A stretch of 64,000 bases of DNA from Candidatus Iainarchaeum sp. (GTDB taxonomy: Archaea; Iainarchaeota; Iainarchaeia; Iainarchaeales; JAZDDZ01): contig JAZDDZ010000054.1 of NCBI GenBank assembly GCA_043809245.1, positions 36,838 to 100,837 of the forward strand. Reading direction: 5' to 3'. Below are positions 54,945-64,000 of this stretch, piece after piece. The notes below the pieces were generated by a model. That model saw only the letters and a program-made list of their open reading frames with translations, searched no databases and had not been told where the DNA came from. The translations under genes were made by a program, and so were the position numbers. Each line of letters opens with the position of its first letter. Position 1 is the first letter of the stretch.

Positions 54945-57900
54945 TTGGCAATGAAAAAAGCAATTTTGCTCGGGGTTCTGCTGTTATCGCTGTTTTCCCT
55001 TAGCGTTCATGCAAGCGAATGCGATAGCCCTAAACCAAACTGGTTTTTCTGCCACGATTTTGAAGCTTCTGATTCAGGGAATTTCGCAAAGTACTGGGAT
55101 GATTTCGGGGACTTGGTTACAGCAAACAGGGAGATAGCCCTTAGAAACGAGAACGTACCCAGCCTTGAAGGCACAAAGAGCGTAAGGTTTCTGATAAAGA
55201 ACGAAACAGGAAGCGCAATTTCCGCTGTCGGAGCAGGGTTCAAAAAATTCTTTGGCACGGCATACAGCCAAGTGGGCTATGACACTGTTTACTACCGCTT
55301 CTACTTCCGCCTCAACGAGCAATGGAGCCATGGCTGGGGCATGCACTGGCTGAGCTTAAGCGGCTGCAACGTAAACAGCAATGTATGGGGCTGCATGGGA
55401 ACAGCAGGCCTTAAGCCTGATGGAACCAACTGGTTTTCAGTTGGCACAGACCTTTGGACAAACTGGGAAAGCATTCCCGCACCAGGCGAAATTGTTACAT
55501 ATTCTTATCACATGGACCTAACCCCTGATGGCCATGGCGATTACTTTGGGGAGAACATGACCCCGCACCCGGGAATTTCACCTGAAAGGGGAAAATGGCA
55601 TGTCATCGAGATGATGGGAAAATCAAACACCCCGGGATTGTATGATGGCGAACAAAAAATCTGGTTTGACGGCAAGCTAGTCGGAAATTATTCAGGCATT
55701 AGATGGCGCTCAACAAACGACGTTAAAATTACATACGCGGGCTTCTACATCTACATCCACAACCCCCCCGCAAATTCACTGAACTACATTGACAACGACA
55801 ACGTGGTTTTCAGCACCTCCTATATAGGCCCCGCAAAATGCGTTGACAGTGTTTCAATTGAAGCCCCGTGCTATTGTGGTGGAACGCCTTCTCCAACCAA
55901 TTCATCCAATATTTATGCAAGCGGAGTCTGCCTTGGCAATGTTTGGTATGAATCCAATGCACAATGCACTGTAAACGGCCAGACAAGAAGCTGCTCAACA
56001 GGGAAGAACGGAATCTGTGCAACAGGAACACAAACATGCTCAGGGGGAAACTGGGGCACGTGCATTCAAAACCTGCAGGCAGGAAACGAAGTGTGCGATG
56101 ATGCAGGCAATTTGGACGAGGACTGCGATGGCCTGAGTAACTGTGATGACACAGGCTGTTCCACTAATCCAGCCTGCCAGTCTGCGGAGGAGACTTATTA
56201 CATTTTCGGTGGCGCAACCGATAATTACTGGCCTGGCGCCTATCCTGATTCAAGCGACAGCATCACAAGAACCACTAACAACCCTGCCGCTGGAACCCAT
56301 AACCTGCAGTTCCCTTCAACTGGCGCGTGGATGAATGTAAATATTTATGGAGTTTCAATTCCGACAGCTGACTTGGACTGGGCAAATTCTTATCTGGAAT
56401 TCAAAATTTCCACCTCCGCGCCTGTTGGCTATATGGAAGCGCATTTGGGTTCCAGCAGCGGCGCCTATCCCTACAAAACTTTCACAACAACAGGAACTGG
56501 TTATGACACAATACGGATTAACCTAACTGATTTTGCCGCGACAAAAGCCGCATTTGGCAGTTCAATCGCGGGCTTCTTCATCGGCGGAGGCTGGCCAGCT
56601 TCAACTGTTTACATTGACGAAATCAAAATCGTTTCACCCGGAACAAGCCCACAGCCGTGCACGGAAAACTGGAGCTGCACTACATGGAGCAGCTGTGTGA
56701 ACAACCAACAGACACGCACCTGCACGGATTTGGCCGGATGCGGCACCACGGCAAACAAGCCGATTGAAACGCAAACATGCACAACCTGCACGGAGCAATG
56801 GAGCTGCACGCAATGGAGCGCATGCAGCAACGGTTCACAATCACGCACTTGCTCTGATCCAAACCCTTCAACAACAAATTGCCCCGCGCTTCCAAAACCA
56901 ATGGAAACTCAGAGTTGCACTGTCGGGCAGGTTTGTGAAACAACGGCCGAACACTGCAAATACGCGAGCAACCGCACGGATTCAGGAACCGGCAGCTTCA
57001 GCGACCCCTGGAACATTTCCCAGGCGTTCACAAATGCTTCTGCGGGAGACCTTGTTTATTTCAGGGGCGGGGAATATGATGTAAGCGCCGGCACACCACA
57101 GATAACCACCTCCGGTACTTCGGATGCCTGGATAACCTTCAAGGCATATCCTGAGGAAAATCCACACCTCGACGCAAAATATATGGGGAAATGCCCGATT
57201 GAATTATATCAGGTCAGAAATATCATTATTGATGGCTTCGAGATTTCAGGGATAGGTGAAGGTCCCTCAGGCGAAACCTGTGGCGGAGGCATCTATCTAA
57301 AAGGTTCTGCAGATTTGAAGGGGGAAAATATTACTATAAGGAACAACGATTTGCACGGGCTGGAACTATGCACCATAGGGACAATATGCACCAACAGGGG
57401 GCTGATAAAAACCTATGAATACAATAACGTGATTATTGAGAACAACACCATTCATGACATAACTTCCGGAACTTATGGCGGGAACAATACTGCAGGAATT
57501 TACATCATGTCAGGGGGATTATTTGGCCGGCCATATGACGGGATAAATATGATAATCAGGAATAACCACATATACAACATGTTCGGCCAGGTGCTTTGCA
57601 TAAAGCACAAGTACCCAAACCACGGCCCCTACTTAATTGAAGGCAATACACTTCATGACTGTGCCACAGCTTTTTATACAAGCGGTCTGGATGAGGCGAT
57701 ATTCCGGAATAATTTGATTTATAATGTTACTCTTGGAATAGATGACGCTGGTTACCAAGTCGGTTCCTGGAACTACACTGCTGAGCCTTTTGAAATTACA
57801 AATAATACTTTCTACAGCATATATGTTGCGGCATTGATATTCAGGGACAACGATATCACTCCGAGAATAATTGAAAAAAATATTTTTGTTGACTCAAGCG

Positions 57901-58454
57901 GCAGCGGTGGAGCAGACAATTCGGCGGATATTTCCATAAGGGAGCCAGTATCCTATGTTGGAATTGAAAGTAATGCCAATTGTGTCTGGTATCCTGGCTC
58001 GCAATATCATGTGAGATACCATAACCCCTATAGCTGTTCAGGAGGATGCCTTAGTTTTGAAGGGGCGCAACTGAGCCCTTATTTTTATGATTTGGATTCA
58101 GTCAAGCTCAGTGATTCCCAGGCCGCGGGCCTTTTCGTGAACCCCCCCGCAGGCGATTTCCATCTCAACAACCCTTCGCTGTGCCCTGGAATAGGCGCAT
58201 ATGCAAATGCACTGCAGTGCACGGTAAATGTTGCGACGCCCTGCACGATTTTCCTCGCTGGCGGGACAATAAGCGCCTGCTCACAGCAGAGCCTGATTTA
58301 CCAGTATGATGCAACAGCAACAGTAAACAACACTGTAAACGGCCTGCAGGCGAATAAATCGCATGACATAAAAATTGAGAACATCACGCAGGGAACGGAG
58401 CAGAACATTTCAGCAACCACCAACTCAAACGGAGTGCTGCAATTCAATTCATGA
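54945..58454 (+). CDS. Secreted 1169-aa protein: N-terminal domain, MopE-like Asp/Cys motif, TSP1-like W-S-C repeats, and a right-handed parallel beta-helix repeat region
   Basis: Signal MAMKKAILLGVLLLSLFSLSVHASE. VCDDAGNLDEDCDGLSNCDD. WSCTTWSSCVNNQQTRTCTDLAGCG / WSCTQWSACSNGSQSRTCSD. PbH1-like repeats NNDLHG / NNTIHD / RNNHIYN / EGNTLHD / RNNLIYN / TNNTFYS. Confidence 0.7.
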   Translation: MAMKKAILLGVLLLSLFSLSVHASECDSPKPNWFFCHDFEASDSGNFAKYWDDFGDLVTANREIALRNENVPSLEGTKSVRFLIKNETGSAISAVGAGFKKFFGTAYSQVGYDTVYYRFYFRLNEQWSHGWGMHWLSLSGCNVNSNVWGCMGTAGLKPDGTNWFSVGTDLWTNWESIPAPGEIVTYSYHMDLTPDGHGDYFGENMTPHPGISPERGKWHVIEMMGKSNTPGLYDGEQKIWFDGKLVGNYSGIRWRSTNDVKITYAGFYIYIHNPPANSLNYIDNDNVVFSTSYIGPAKCVDSVSIEAPCYCGGTPSPTNSSNIYASGVCLGNVWYESNAQCTVNGQTRSCSTGKNGICATGTQTCSGGNWGTCIQNLQAGNEVCDDAGNLDEDCDGLSNCDDTGCSTNPACQSAEETYYIFGGATDNYWPGAYPDSSDSITRTTNNPAAGTHNLQFPSTGAWMNVNIYGVSIPTADLDWANSYLEFKISTSAPVGYMEAHLGSSSGAYPYKTFTTTGTGYDTIRINLTDFAATKAAFGSSIAGFFIGGGWPASTVYIDEIKIVSPGTSPQPCTENWSCTTWSSCVNNQQTRTCTDLAGCGTTANKPIETQTCTTCTEQWSCTQWSACSNGSQSRTCSDPNPSTTNCPALPKPMETQSCTVGQVCETTAEHCKYASNRTDSGTGSFSDPWNISQAFTNASAGDLVYFRGGEYDVSAGTPQITTSGTSDAWITFKAYPEENPHLDAKYMGKCPIELYQVRNIIIDGFEISGIGEGPSGETCGGGIYLKGSADLKGENITIRNNDLHGLELCTIGTICTNRGLIKTYEYNNVIIENNTIHDITSGTYGGNNTAGIYIMSGGLFGRPYDGINMIIRNNHIYNMFGQVLCIKHKYPNHGPYLIEGNTLHDCATAFYTSGLDEAIFRNNLIYNVTLGIDDAGYQVGSWNYTAEPFEITNNTFYSIYVAALIFRDNDITPRIIEKNIFVDSSGSGGADNSADISIREPVSYVGIESNANCVWYPGSQYHVRYHNPYSCSGGCLSFEGAQLSPYFYDLDSVKLSDSQAAGLFVNPPAGDFHLNNPSLCPGIGAYANALQCTVNVATPCTIFLAGGTISACSQQSLIYQYDATATVNNTVNGLQANKSHDIKIENITQGTEQNISATTNSNGVLQFNS

Positions 58455-58461
58455 AGAAAGG

Positions 58462-58890
58462 CTATTTTTTCTTCCTGATTCTTTTCTCCAGTTTTTTTAT
58501 GACTGGCTCTGACTGTATTTTTGAGCGGAATTCCTGCGTGAAGCGCATCACGTAAAAAATCGCGGCAACCCATACAGCGAAAATAATGTAGCTCCATGGC
58601 GCTTCGGGAATGCTCTGGAGGAATGCCTGCGGCGCAATTGAAGGGTCAACAAGGCCGTGCTGCTGTAAAGCCACAACTATTTTGATTAAAGTGTCTGTGT
58701 CGCGAAGTAGATACACAGCGAAAGCGAACATGAATGTGAGAATCAAAAGCAGCTGTATCACTTCAATGGCAATGAAACGCGGGTCGCTTTTTGCCTTAAG
58801 CCATTTCTCGCGCGCCTTGTCCTCTATTGCTTTGCCCGCAAGCTTGCCTACTTCCTTTGCGCGGCGAAGCCTTTCCCTAACCTTTGGCAT
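58462..58890 (-). CDS. Hypothetical small membrane protein
   Basis: ORF with two hydrophobic helices (LLLILTFMFAFAVYLL, IIFAVWVAAIFYV). Start chosen at MPKV to avoid overlap. Confidence 0.3.
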   Translation of the reverse strand: MPKVRERLRRAKEVGKLAGKAIEDKAREKWLKAKSDPRFIAIEVIQLLLILTFMFAFAVYLLRDTDTLIKIVVALQQHGLVDPSIAPQAFLQSIPEAPWSYIIFAVWVAAIFYVMRFTQEFRSKIQSEPVIKKLEKRIRKKK

Positions 58891-58930
58891 AACAGTAAAA
58901 GAAGAGACAAAGTGGTATAAAAAGCTTCTT

Positions 58931-59656
58931 TCAGCGCCCCGTGGTTTTGCCCAGATATGCTTTCCTTTTCTTTTCAGGAAACTTTTCAATCGCATAACGG
59001 AGCATTGTTCGCGGCATTTTCACAGCGTGCTTTTTCAGGAATCGTTCTTCCGCAGCCAAAGCCCTTTTGCCTATTTCGCGAAGCATCCAGCCAACTGCCT
59101 TGTGGATTAAGTCATGCTTGTCTTCAAGCAGCAGCTCTGCGATTGAAAGCGATTCATCAAAGCGCTTTTCCCTTATGAACGAAAAAGTTGAAAGCACTGC
59201 AATGCGTTTCTCCCACAAATTTTTTGACTTTGCCAAGCGGAAAAGAACTGCTTTTTCTTTTTTGCTTTTTTCCAGCAAAAAATTCCCAGGAATGTTAGGC
59301 GCGGAAAGGTCAACCAAATCCCAGTTGTTCACGCGCTTTGCATTTTCAAGGTAAAAGTTAAAGATTTCTTTTTTTTCGTTTTCATCAGCTTTTTTGAATT
59401 TGCTTACAAGGATGAAGAGCGCGGTGAGCCTGTGCTCGTGCACTTTGCTTGAAAGCAGCGACTGAATTTCTTCAAGAGAAAGGTTCGGGTATTTTTTCGC
59501 AAACTTTCTCTGCTCCGGCACCATCACGCCAAGAAAGACATCGCCTTCGCCGTACTCTCCTTTTCCGGTTTTAAAGAAACGGGAAAGGAGTTTTGCCTTT
59601 CCAGGCACTGCGGCTGACTGCAAATCGGATTTTAACTGGATTAATTTGCTTGGCAT
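58931..59656 (-). CDS. DNA alkylation repair enzyme (AlkD/AlkC-like HEAT-repeat glycosylase family)
   Basis: FFKTGKGEYGEGDVFLGVMVP, NNWDLVD and HDLIHKAVGWMLREIGK motifs. Confidence 0.7.
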   Translation of the reverse strand: MPSKLIQLKSDLQSAAVPGKAKLLSRFFKTGKGEYGEGDVFLGVMVPEQRKFAKKYPNLSLEEIQSLLSSKVHEHRLTALFILVSKFKKADENEKKEIFNFYLENAKRVNNWDLVDLSAPNIPGNFLLEKSKKEKAVLFRLAKSKNLWEKRIAVLSTFSFIREKRFDESLSIAELLLEDKHDLIHKAVGWMLREIGKRALAAEERFLKKHAVKMPRTMLRYAIEKFPEKKRKAYLGKTTGR

Positions 59657-59677
59657 AACTATCTTCGCTTAAAAAAT

Positions 59678-59932
59678 TCAGATTTTTCGGTAAACCTTTT
59701 TTCTATGTGCGACGGTAATGGCAGTTATCTTCTTTTGAATGAAATTAATCTGGCAAATGATCCGATATTTGCCAACACGCAACTTGAATAAATCGTGGCC
59801 AGTGAGCCTTTCAAAAAAAAGTTGCGGCTGTTCTGCAGCCAATATTAATTTTTTCTTTATCCGTTCAACATCAATGTTTTCAAATTTTTTTAGCTCGGAA
59901 GAAAAGCCTTTGGTGACAAGAAGCTCGAACAA
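59678..59932 (-). CDS. RelE/ParE-family toxin
   Basis: LTGHDLFKLRVGKYRIICQI...KKITAITVAHRKKVY. Confidence 0.6.
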   Translation of the reverse strand: MFELLVTKGFSSELKKFENIDVERIKKKLILAAEQPQLFFERLTGHDLFKLRVGKYRIICQINFIQKKITAITVAHRKKVYRKI

Positions 59933-60175
59933 TCAGATTCCCCATTTCTTCTCTGCTTCTTTCAATGGAAGGACCCTCCCCGCCTTGATGTCTTCAAGGG
60001 ATCTTTCTATCTGCCTTATTTCATCATCGCTTAAGGGCTCATCGTCTTCAGCCATATTCACAAGCCTTTCAATTACCTCTGAATAGCTCTCCCTTTCAAA
60101 AGTCTTAATTTTGTCAAGCTTGTTTTTAAGGGAAGAATCAATTCTAACAGTTGTCGCAACAGCCAATTCAATCAC
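59933..60175 (-). CDS. RHH-type antitoxin paired with the RelE toxin
   Basis: Immediately upstream of, and abutting, the toxin on the minus strand. TTVRIDSSLKNKLDKIK beta-strand + helices. Confidence 0.5.
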   Translation of the reverse strand: MIELAVATTVRIDSSLKNKLDKIKTFERESYSEVIERLVNMAEDDEPLSDDEIRQIERSLEDIKAGRVLPLKEAEKKWGI

Positions 60176-60222
60176 TAAATATACTTAAGTATACAGAAGT
60201 ATATAAATATATGCTGAGGAGC

Positions 60223-60699
60223 TCACTCTTCGGTTTTTATCCCGAACTCTTCGTCAATGTCTTTCGCGGCTTTTTTCATTTTCTGGAATATGCGTTCAAT
60301 GTCTTCCTCTATTTCTGAAACTGTCCGGAAAATGCTCCTGCTTCGGCTTTCATAAACGCGCCCGTGCCTTACGATTAAACCTGAGCGCATTAAGTTGTTC
60401 AAGTGGTTGATTATTGAGCCGCGGCTCATGCCGACTCTCTGCGACAAAGCGGTTGAAGTTGGGGGCTTTCCTTTTTCTGTTCCGTCAACGATTACCCTGA
60501 AAACAGCTGCAGCGGTTTTGCCGCGAACCTTGCCGCCTGAATCGACAGGCTTATGCTCTTCAATACCCTGCAGTCTTGGCTCGAAAAAGCCGAAAGTCTG
60601 GCAAATCCAGTTCAATTCGTCATCACGGCTGGAAGAAAAAGGCCTTTCAACCTGCCGGATGACTATTTTAAAGGCACCTCTGCGCTGAATTTGTCCAGC
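60223..60699 (-). CDS. wHTH transcriptional regulator divergent from grpE-dnaK (candidate heat-shock regulator)
   Basis: wHTH TALSQRVGMSRGSIINHLNNLMRSGLIVRHG. Divergent arrangement with the chaperone operon. Confidence 0.42.
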   Translation of the reverse strand, partial: AGQIQRRGAFKIVIRQVERPFSSSRDDELNWICQTFGFFEPRLQGIEEHKPVDSGGKVRGKTAAAVFRVIVDGTEKGKPPTSTALSQRVGMSRGSIINHLNNLMRSGLIVRHGRVYESRSRSIFRTVSEIEEDIERIFQKMKKAAKDIDEEFGIKTEE

Positions 60700-60756
60700 C
60701 ATAAGAGAAAAGGGCACGGAAAGCTTTAAATACATTTTGATTAAAAAGTTGTTTAA

Positions 60757-61332
60757 TTGATTAAAAAAATTAGTCAAAAACGTGGTTTTGTGGATAAAAC
60801 GCCTAAAAATGATGAAAAGAAAGGGGAACCCCCAGGCAAGGGGCTTGAGGCAAGGCTTGAGGCTGCATTAAAAGAAAAAGAGGAATTAAAGGATTTGGCG
60901 CAAAGAATTCAGGCAAACTTTGAGAACTACTGCAAGCGCGTTGAAAAAGAAAACATTGAGTTCAAAAAGTTTTCCGCTGCAGGGGTTGTGAAGGATTTGC
61001 TTCCATTCATTGACTCGGTTGACAGCGCAATTGAGGCAATGAAAAAAGCGCAGGAAAAAGAAATTGAAACAGGGAAGGTTGTTGCCGGAATTGAACTGCT
61101 CAAAAAGCAGCTGATTGAGATTTTGAAAAAAGAGGGCTTGGAGGAAATCAAAGCGAAAGGCACAAAGTTTGACCCTCACTTGATGGAAGCGCTGATGCAC
61201 GAAAGCATTGAAGGAAAAAAAGACGAGGAAGTTTTGGAGGAAATGCAGAAAGGCTATCTTTTCCATGGAAAGGTTTTAAGGCCCGTGAAAGTTAAGGTTA
61301 ATTTAATTAAAAAAAACGGAGAAAAAAATTAA
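60757..61332 (+). CDS. grpE: Nucleotide exchange factor GrpE
   Basis: Coiled-coil N-terminus + GrpE core (LKDLAQRIQANFENYCKRVEKE...GKVLRPVKVKV). Confidence 0.85.
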   Translation: MIKKISQKRGFVDKTPKNDEKKGEPPGKGLEARLEAALKEKEELKDLAQRIQANFENYCKRVEKENIEFKKFSAAGVVKDLLPFIDSVDSAIEAMKKAQEKEIETGKVVAGIELLKKQLIEILKKEGLEEIKAKGTKFDPHLMEALMHESIEGKKDEEVLEEMQKGYLFHGKVLRPVKVKVNLIKKNGEKN

Positions 61333-61357
61333 TTTTAAAAACGGAGTGTGGTATTGA

Positions 61358-63241
61358 ATGGCAAAGACAATAGGCGTGGATCTCGGCACATCTAATAGCG
61401 CTGCCGCAATTTTAGAGGGCGGAAAGCCCAAAATAATTCCAAGCGCGGAAGGCGCTTCACTTTACGGAAAGGCATTTCCAAGCGTGGTTGCTTTCACGAA
61501 AGACGGGCAGTTATTGGTTGGGGAGCCCGCGAAAAGGCAGGCAGTTACAAACCCTGAGGGGACAATCACTGCAGCGAAAAGAAAAATGGGAACAAATTTC
61601 AAGTACGCGATTGGCGGAAAAGAGTACACGCCACAGCAAATCAGCGCGTTTATTTTGCAGAAAATAAAAAGGGACGCGGAAGAATTTTTAGGGGAAAAAG
61701 TGGAGAAAGCGGTTATCACTGTTCCCGCTTATTTTGATGACAACCAAAGGCAGGCAACAAAAGACGCTGGGCAGATTGCGGGCCTTGAAGTCATAAGGCT
61801 TGTCAACGAGCCGACAGCCGCATCGCTTGCATACGGCTTGGACAAGAAAGGAAAAGACCACAAAATCTTGGTTTTTGACTTCGGCGGCGGAACATTGGAT
61901 GTAACCATAATGGAGTTCGGCGGAGGGGTCTTTGAGGTTAAAAGCACGAGTGGAGACACGCAGTTGGGCGGAACAGACATGGACAAATTGCTTTCCGATT
62001 ACATTGTTGCGGAATTCAAAAAAGAACAGTCAGTTGATTTAACCAAGGACAGGATGGCAATGCAGAGGCTTGCGGAGGCAGCGGAGAAGGCAAAAATAGA
62101 GTTAAGCACTGTGATGGAGACAGACATCAATCTGCCTTATGTTACCGCGGATTCAAACGGCCCAAAGCACCTTGCAATGAAAATAACGCGCTCAAAACTG
62201 GAGCAGCTGGTTGAGCCAATCATTAAAAAATGCGAGAAGCCGATAGCGCAGTCGCTTGCAGACGCAAAGCTCACCGCCGGAGAGATTGACAAAATCATTT
62301 TAGTCGGAGGCCCAACTAGAATGCCTGTCGTGCAAAAATTTGTGGAAAAAGTCGTTGGAACAAAAGTTGAGAGAGGCGTTGACCCAATGGAGTGCGTTGC
62401 AGTGGGCGCGGCAATACAGGCAGGCGTGCTTAGCGGCGAGGTAAAGGATGTTTTGCTGCTTGATGTTACGCCGCTCAGCCTTGGAATTGAAACCCTTGGC
62501 GGAGTGCTGACAAAACTGATTGAAAGGAACACGACTATTCCCACAAAAAAATCGCAGATTTTTACAACCGCGGCTGACAGCCAGACAGCTGTTGACATTC
62601 ACATTCTGCAGGGAGAAAGGCCAATGGCAAACGACAACAGGGAACTGGGAAGGTTTCAGTTGGTTGGAATTCCTCCCGCGCCGCGCGGTGTTCCGCAGGT
62701 TGAGGTTTCGTTTGACATTGACGCGAACGGAATAGTGAATGTGACAGCGCTTGACAAGGCAACGAATAAAAGCCAGAGCATCAAAATAGTTGCCTCACAG
62801 AAATTAAGCGACACGGAAATAGAGAGCATGAGAAAGGCAGCGGAAGCGCACGCGGAAGAGGACAAGAAGAAAAAAGACGAAATTGAGGCAATCAACCAGG
62901 CTGATGCGGTTACTTACAGCACTGATAAAATGCTCGAGGAATTCAAGGGAAAAGTTGAACAGGGAAAACTTGACAGCGTGAAAAAAGCCAACGATGAATT
63001 GAAGGAATTGCTTGGAAAAGAGCCAAAGGACGCGGGCAGCATAAAGGCAAAAATGGATGAACTGAACAAGTTGCTGCAGGCAATCGGCTCGGAAATGTAT
63101 GGAAAAGCACAGCAAGGGCAACAGCAGCAAGGCGAAAGCAACAGCGGCGCAGGCAGTGGCAGCGAAGAGCACAAGGGAAAGCACGGGAAAGGAAAAGTCG
63201 TTGACGCTGACTTCAAAGTGGAAGACGAGGGCAAGAAATAA
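61358..63241 (+). CDS. dnaK: Chaperone DnaK (Hsp70)
   Basis: [15 protein letters not shown]...[14 protein letters not shown]...[15 protein letters not shown]. Canonical Hsp70 signatures. Confidence 0.95.
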   Translation: MAKTIGVDLGTSNSAAAILEGGKPKIIPSAEGASLYGKAFPSVVAFTKDGQLLVGEPAKRQAVTNPEGTITAAKRKMGTNFKYAIGGKEYTPQQISAFILQKIKRDAEEFLGEKVEKAVITVPAYFDDNQRQATKDAGQIAGLEVIRLVNEPTAASLAYGLDKKGKDHKILVFDFGGGTLDVTIMEFGGGVFEVKSTSGDTQLGGTDMDKLLSDYIVAEFKKEQSVDLTKDRMAMQRLAEAAEKAKIELSTVMETDINLPYVTADSNGPKHLAMKITRSKLEQLVEPIIKKCEKPIAQSLADAKLTAGEIDKIILVGGPTRMPVVQKFVEKVVGTKVERGVDPMECVAVGAAIQAGVLSGEVKDVLLLDVTPLSLGIETLGGVLTKLIERNTTIPTKKSQIFTTAADSQTAVDIHILQGERPMANDNRELGRFQLVGIPPAPRGVPQVEVSFDIDANGIVNVTALDKATNKSQSIKIVASQKLSDTEIESMRKAAEAHAEEDKKKKDEIEAINQADAVTYSTDKMLEEFKGKVEQGKLDSVKKANDELKELLGKEPKDAGSIKAKMDELNKLLQAIGSEMYGKAQQGQQQQGESNSGAGSGSEEHKGKHGKGKVVDADFKVEDEGKK

Positions 63242-63313
63242 AAGCAAAAACCAAGCATTTAAATACATTTTCGTATCAAATAGTTATTAGTTGATAACTA
63301 TTTTAGTGGTTTT

Positions 63314-63592
63314 ATGCAAGAACAGGTTCAGCTGAGGAGATTGGAACATTCGCCTACACTTAATACGGTAATCATGGTGGAAGACACTTTGAAGGCAATG
63401 AATGAAAGCATTATCAGTGTCGCTAATCTTAAGAGAAAGCTGCCAAGGCAGGTAAACCACAACACCCTAAGGACAATTCTTGAATACCTTTTGGAAAGCA
63501 ATAAAATTGCGGTTAGCCTTAAGGGAATAACCTGGATTCACAACCCTAACCCTAATTTGAGAAAGGCAATTGCAACGGGTCTTGAATTATGA
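63314..63592 (+). CDS. Hypothetical protein, possible antitoxin partner of the following RelE-like gene
   Basis: 4-nt overlap with the downstream toxin-like ORF. Confidence 0.28.
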   Translation: MQEQVQLRRLEHSPTLNTVIMVEDTLKAMNESIISVANLKRKLPRQVNHNTLRTILEYLLESNKIAVSLKGITWIHNPNPNLRKAIATGLEL

Positions 63593-63942
63593 AGAATGTT
63601 AGGGCGATTTTTTCCCCTGAAGCTGAAGAGGTTTTCAGATACCTGAACCGCGAAGCTGCAAATTCAAAAACTGAGAGAACAATCCTTAACGCAGTAAAAA
63701 GCAAAATAGGCCTGATTAAAGCAAACATCCATTACGGCGACCCAATCGGCAAGGACTTAATCCCAAAGGAATACAAAGAAAAATACGGCATAAACAACCT
63801 ATTTAGGGTTGAGCTGCCGAATTATTGGAGGATGCTCTATTCACTCACAAATGATGAAAACAAAATTGAAATAATTGCTTTCATTCTTGACTTGATTAAC
63901 CACGACCAATACAACAAAAAATTCGGCTACAAAAAGAAATGA
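63589..63942 (+). CDS. RelE/ParE-superfamily toxin-like protein
   Basis: NLFRVELPNYWRMLYSLTNDENKIEIIAFILDLINHDQY (RelE-fold signature). Confidence 0.42.
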   Translation: MKNVRAIFSPEAEEVFRYLNREAANSKTERTILNAVKSKIGLIKANIHYGDPIGKDLIPKEYKEKYGINNLFRVELPNYWRMLYSLTNDENKIEIIAFILDLINHDQYNKKFGYKKK

Positions 63943-64000
63943 GTTTTTAACAACAATTAAAAAAACAATTCAGCAGGTTTTATCTTATGCCAAAACACGA

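Noticed and set aside
1-64000. Scan for CRISPR arrays, rRNA genes, IS transposases and integrases
   Set aside because: No regularly spaced direct repeats, no rRNA-like conserved stretches, and no transposase/integrase-like ORFs were seen by eye. The only repeated non-coding element is the four-copy leader cassette.

Overview
The window looks like a compact archaeal chromosome segment from a DPANN-like reduced genome (an inference from gene order, ATGA start/stop overlaps and eukaryote-type r-proteins). It contains four elements. First, a partial cell-surface gene and a Cys-rich, C-terminally anchored surface protein (1-3293). Second, the archaeal ribosomal 'spc/S10-like' super-operon at 3552-25100. 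This runs rpl3-rpl4-rpl23-rpl2-rps19-rpl22-rps3-rpl29-SUI1-rnp1(Rpp29)-rps17-rpl14-rpl24-rps4e-rpl5-rps14-rps8-rpl6-rpl32e-rpl19e-rpl18-rps5-rpl30-rpl15-secY-DUF106(Oxa1-like)-rpl34e-rpl14e-rps13-rps4-rps11-rpoD-tRNA-Leu(UAA, intron-containing)-rpl18e-rpl13-rps9-rpoN-rps2. Many of these genes carry long Lys/Glu-rich low-complexity insertions or tails. Third, an accessory stretch at 25-41 kb with a TrmB-like regulator, gltX, HTH-nucleotidyltransferase/HEPN, MazEF-like and ParDE-like toxin-antitoxin pairs, two paralogous Zn-ribbon+AbrB fusion genes, a flippase, an ATPase_2-family AAA ATPase, and a 1684-aa giant tandem-Ig-like surface protein next to a second Cys-rich anchored protein. Fourth, a second housekeeping block at 42-53 kb: rpl7ae-rps28e-rpl24e-ndk-dut-aIF5B-rps6e-aIF2gamma-PIN-rpoE-spt4-rps24e-rps27a-CPBP protease-tsaC-two unknown ORFs-kae1, then ald. 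The final 10 kb holds an HPF-like ORF, a stand-alone Cas4-like nuclease, a 1169-aa secreted beta-helix/TSP1-like protein, an AlkD-like repair enzyme, RelE-type toxin-antitoxin pairs and grpE-dnaK. No rRNA or CRISPR array is visible. The most unusual non-coding signal is a ~85-nt promoter+5'-leader cassette with a covarying 8-bp hairpin. It is repeated four times upstream of unrelated operons (rps8 block, rps4 block, dut, rps27a).
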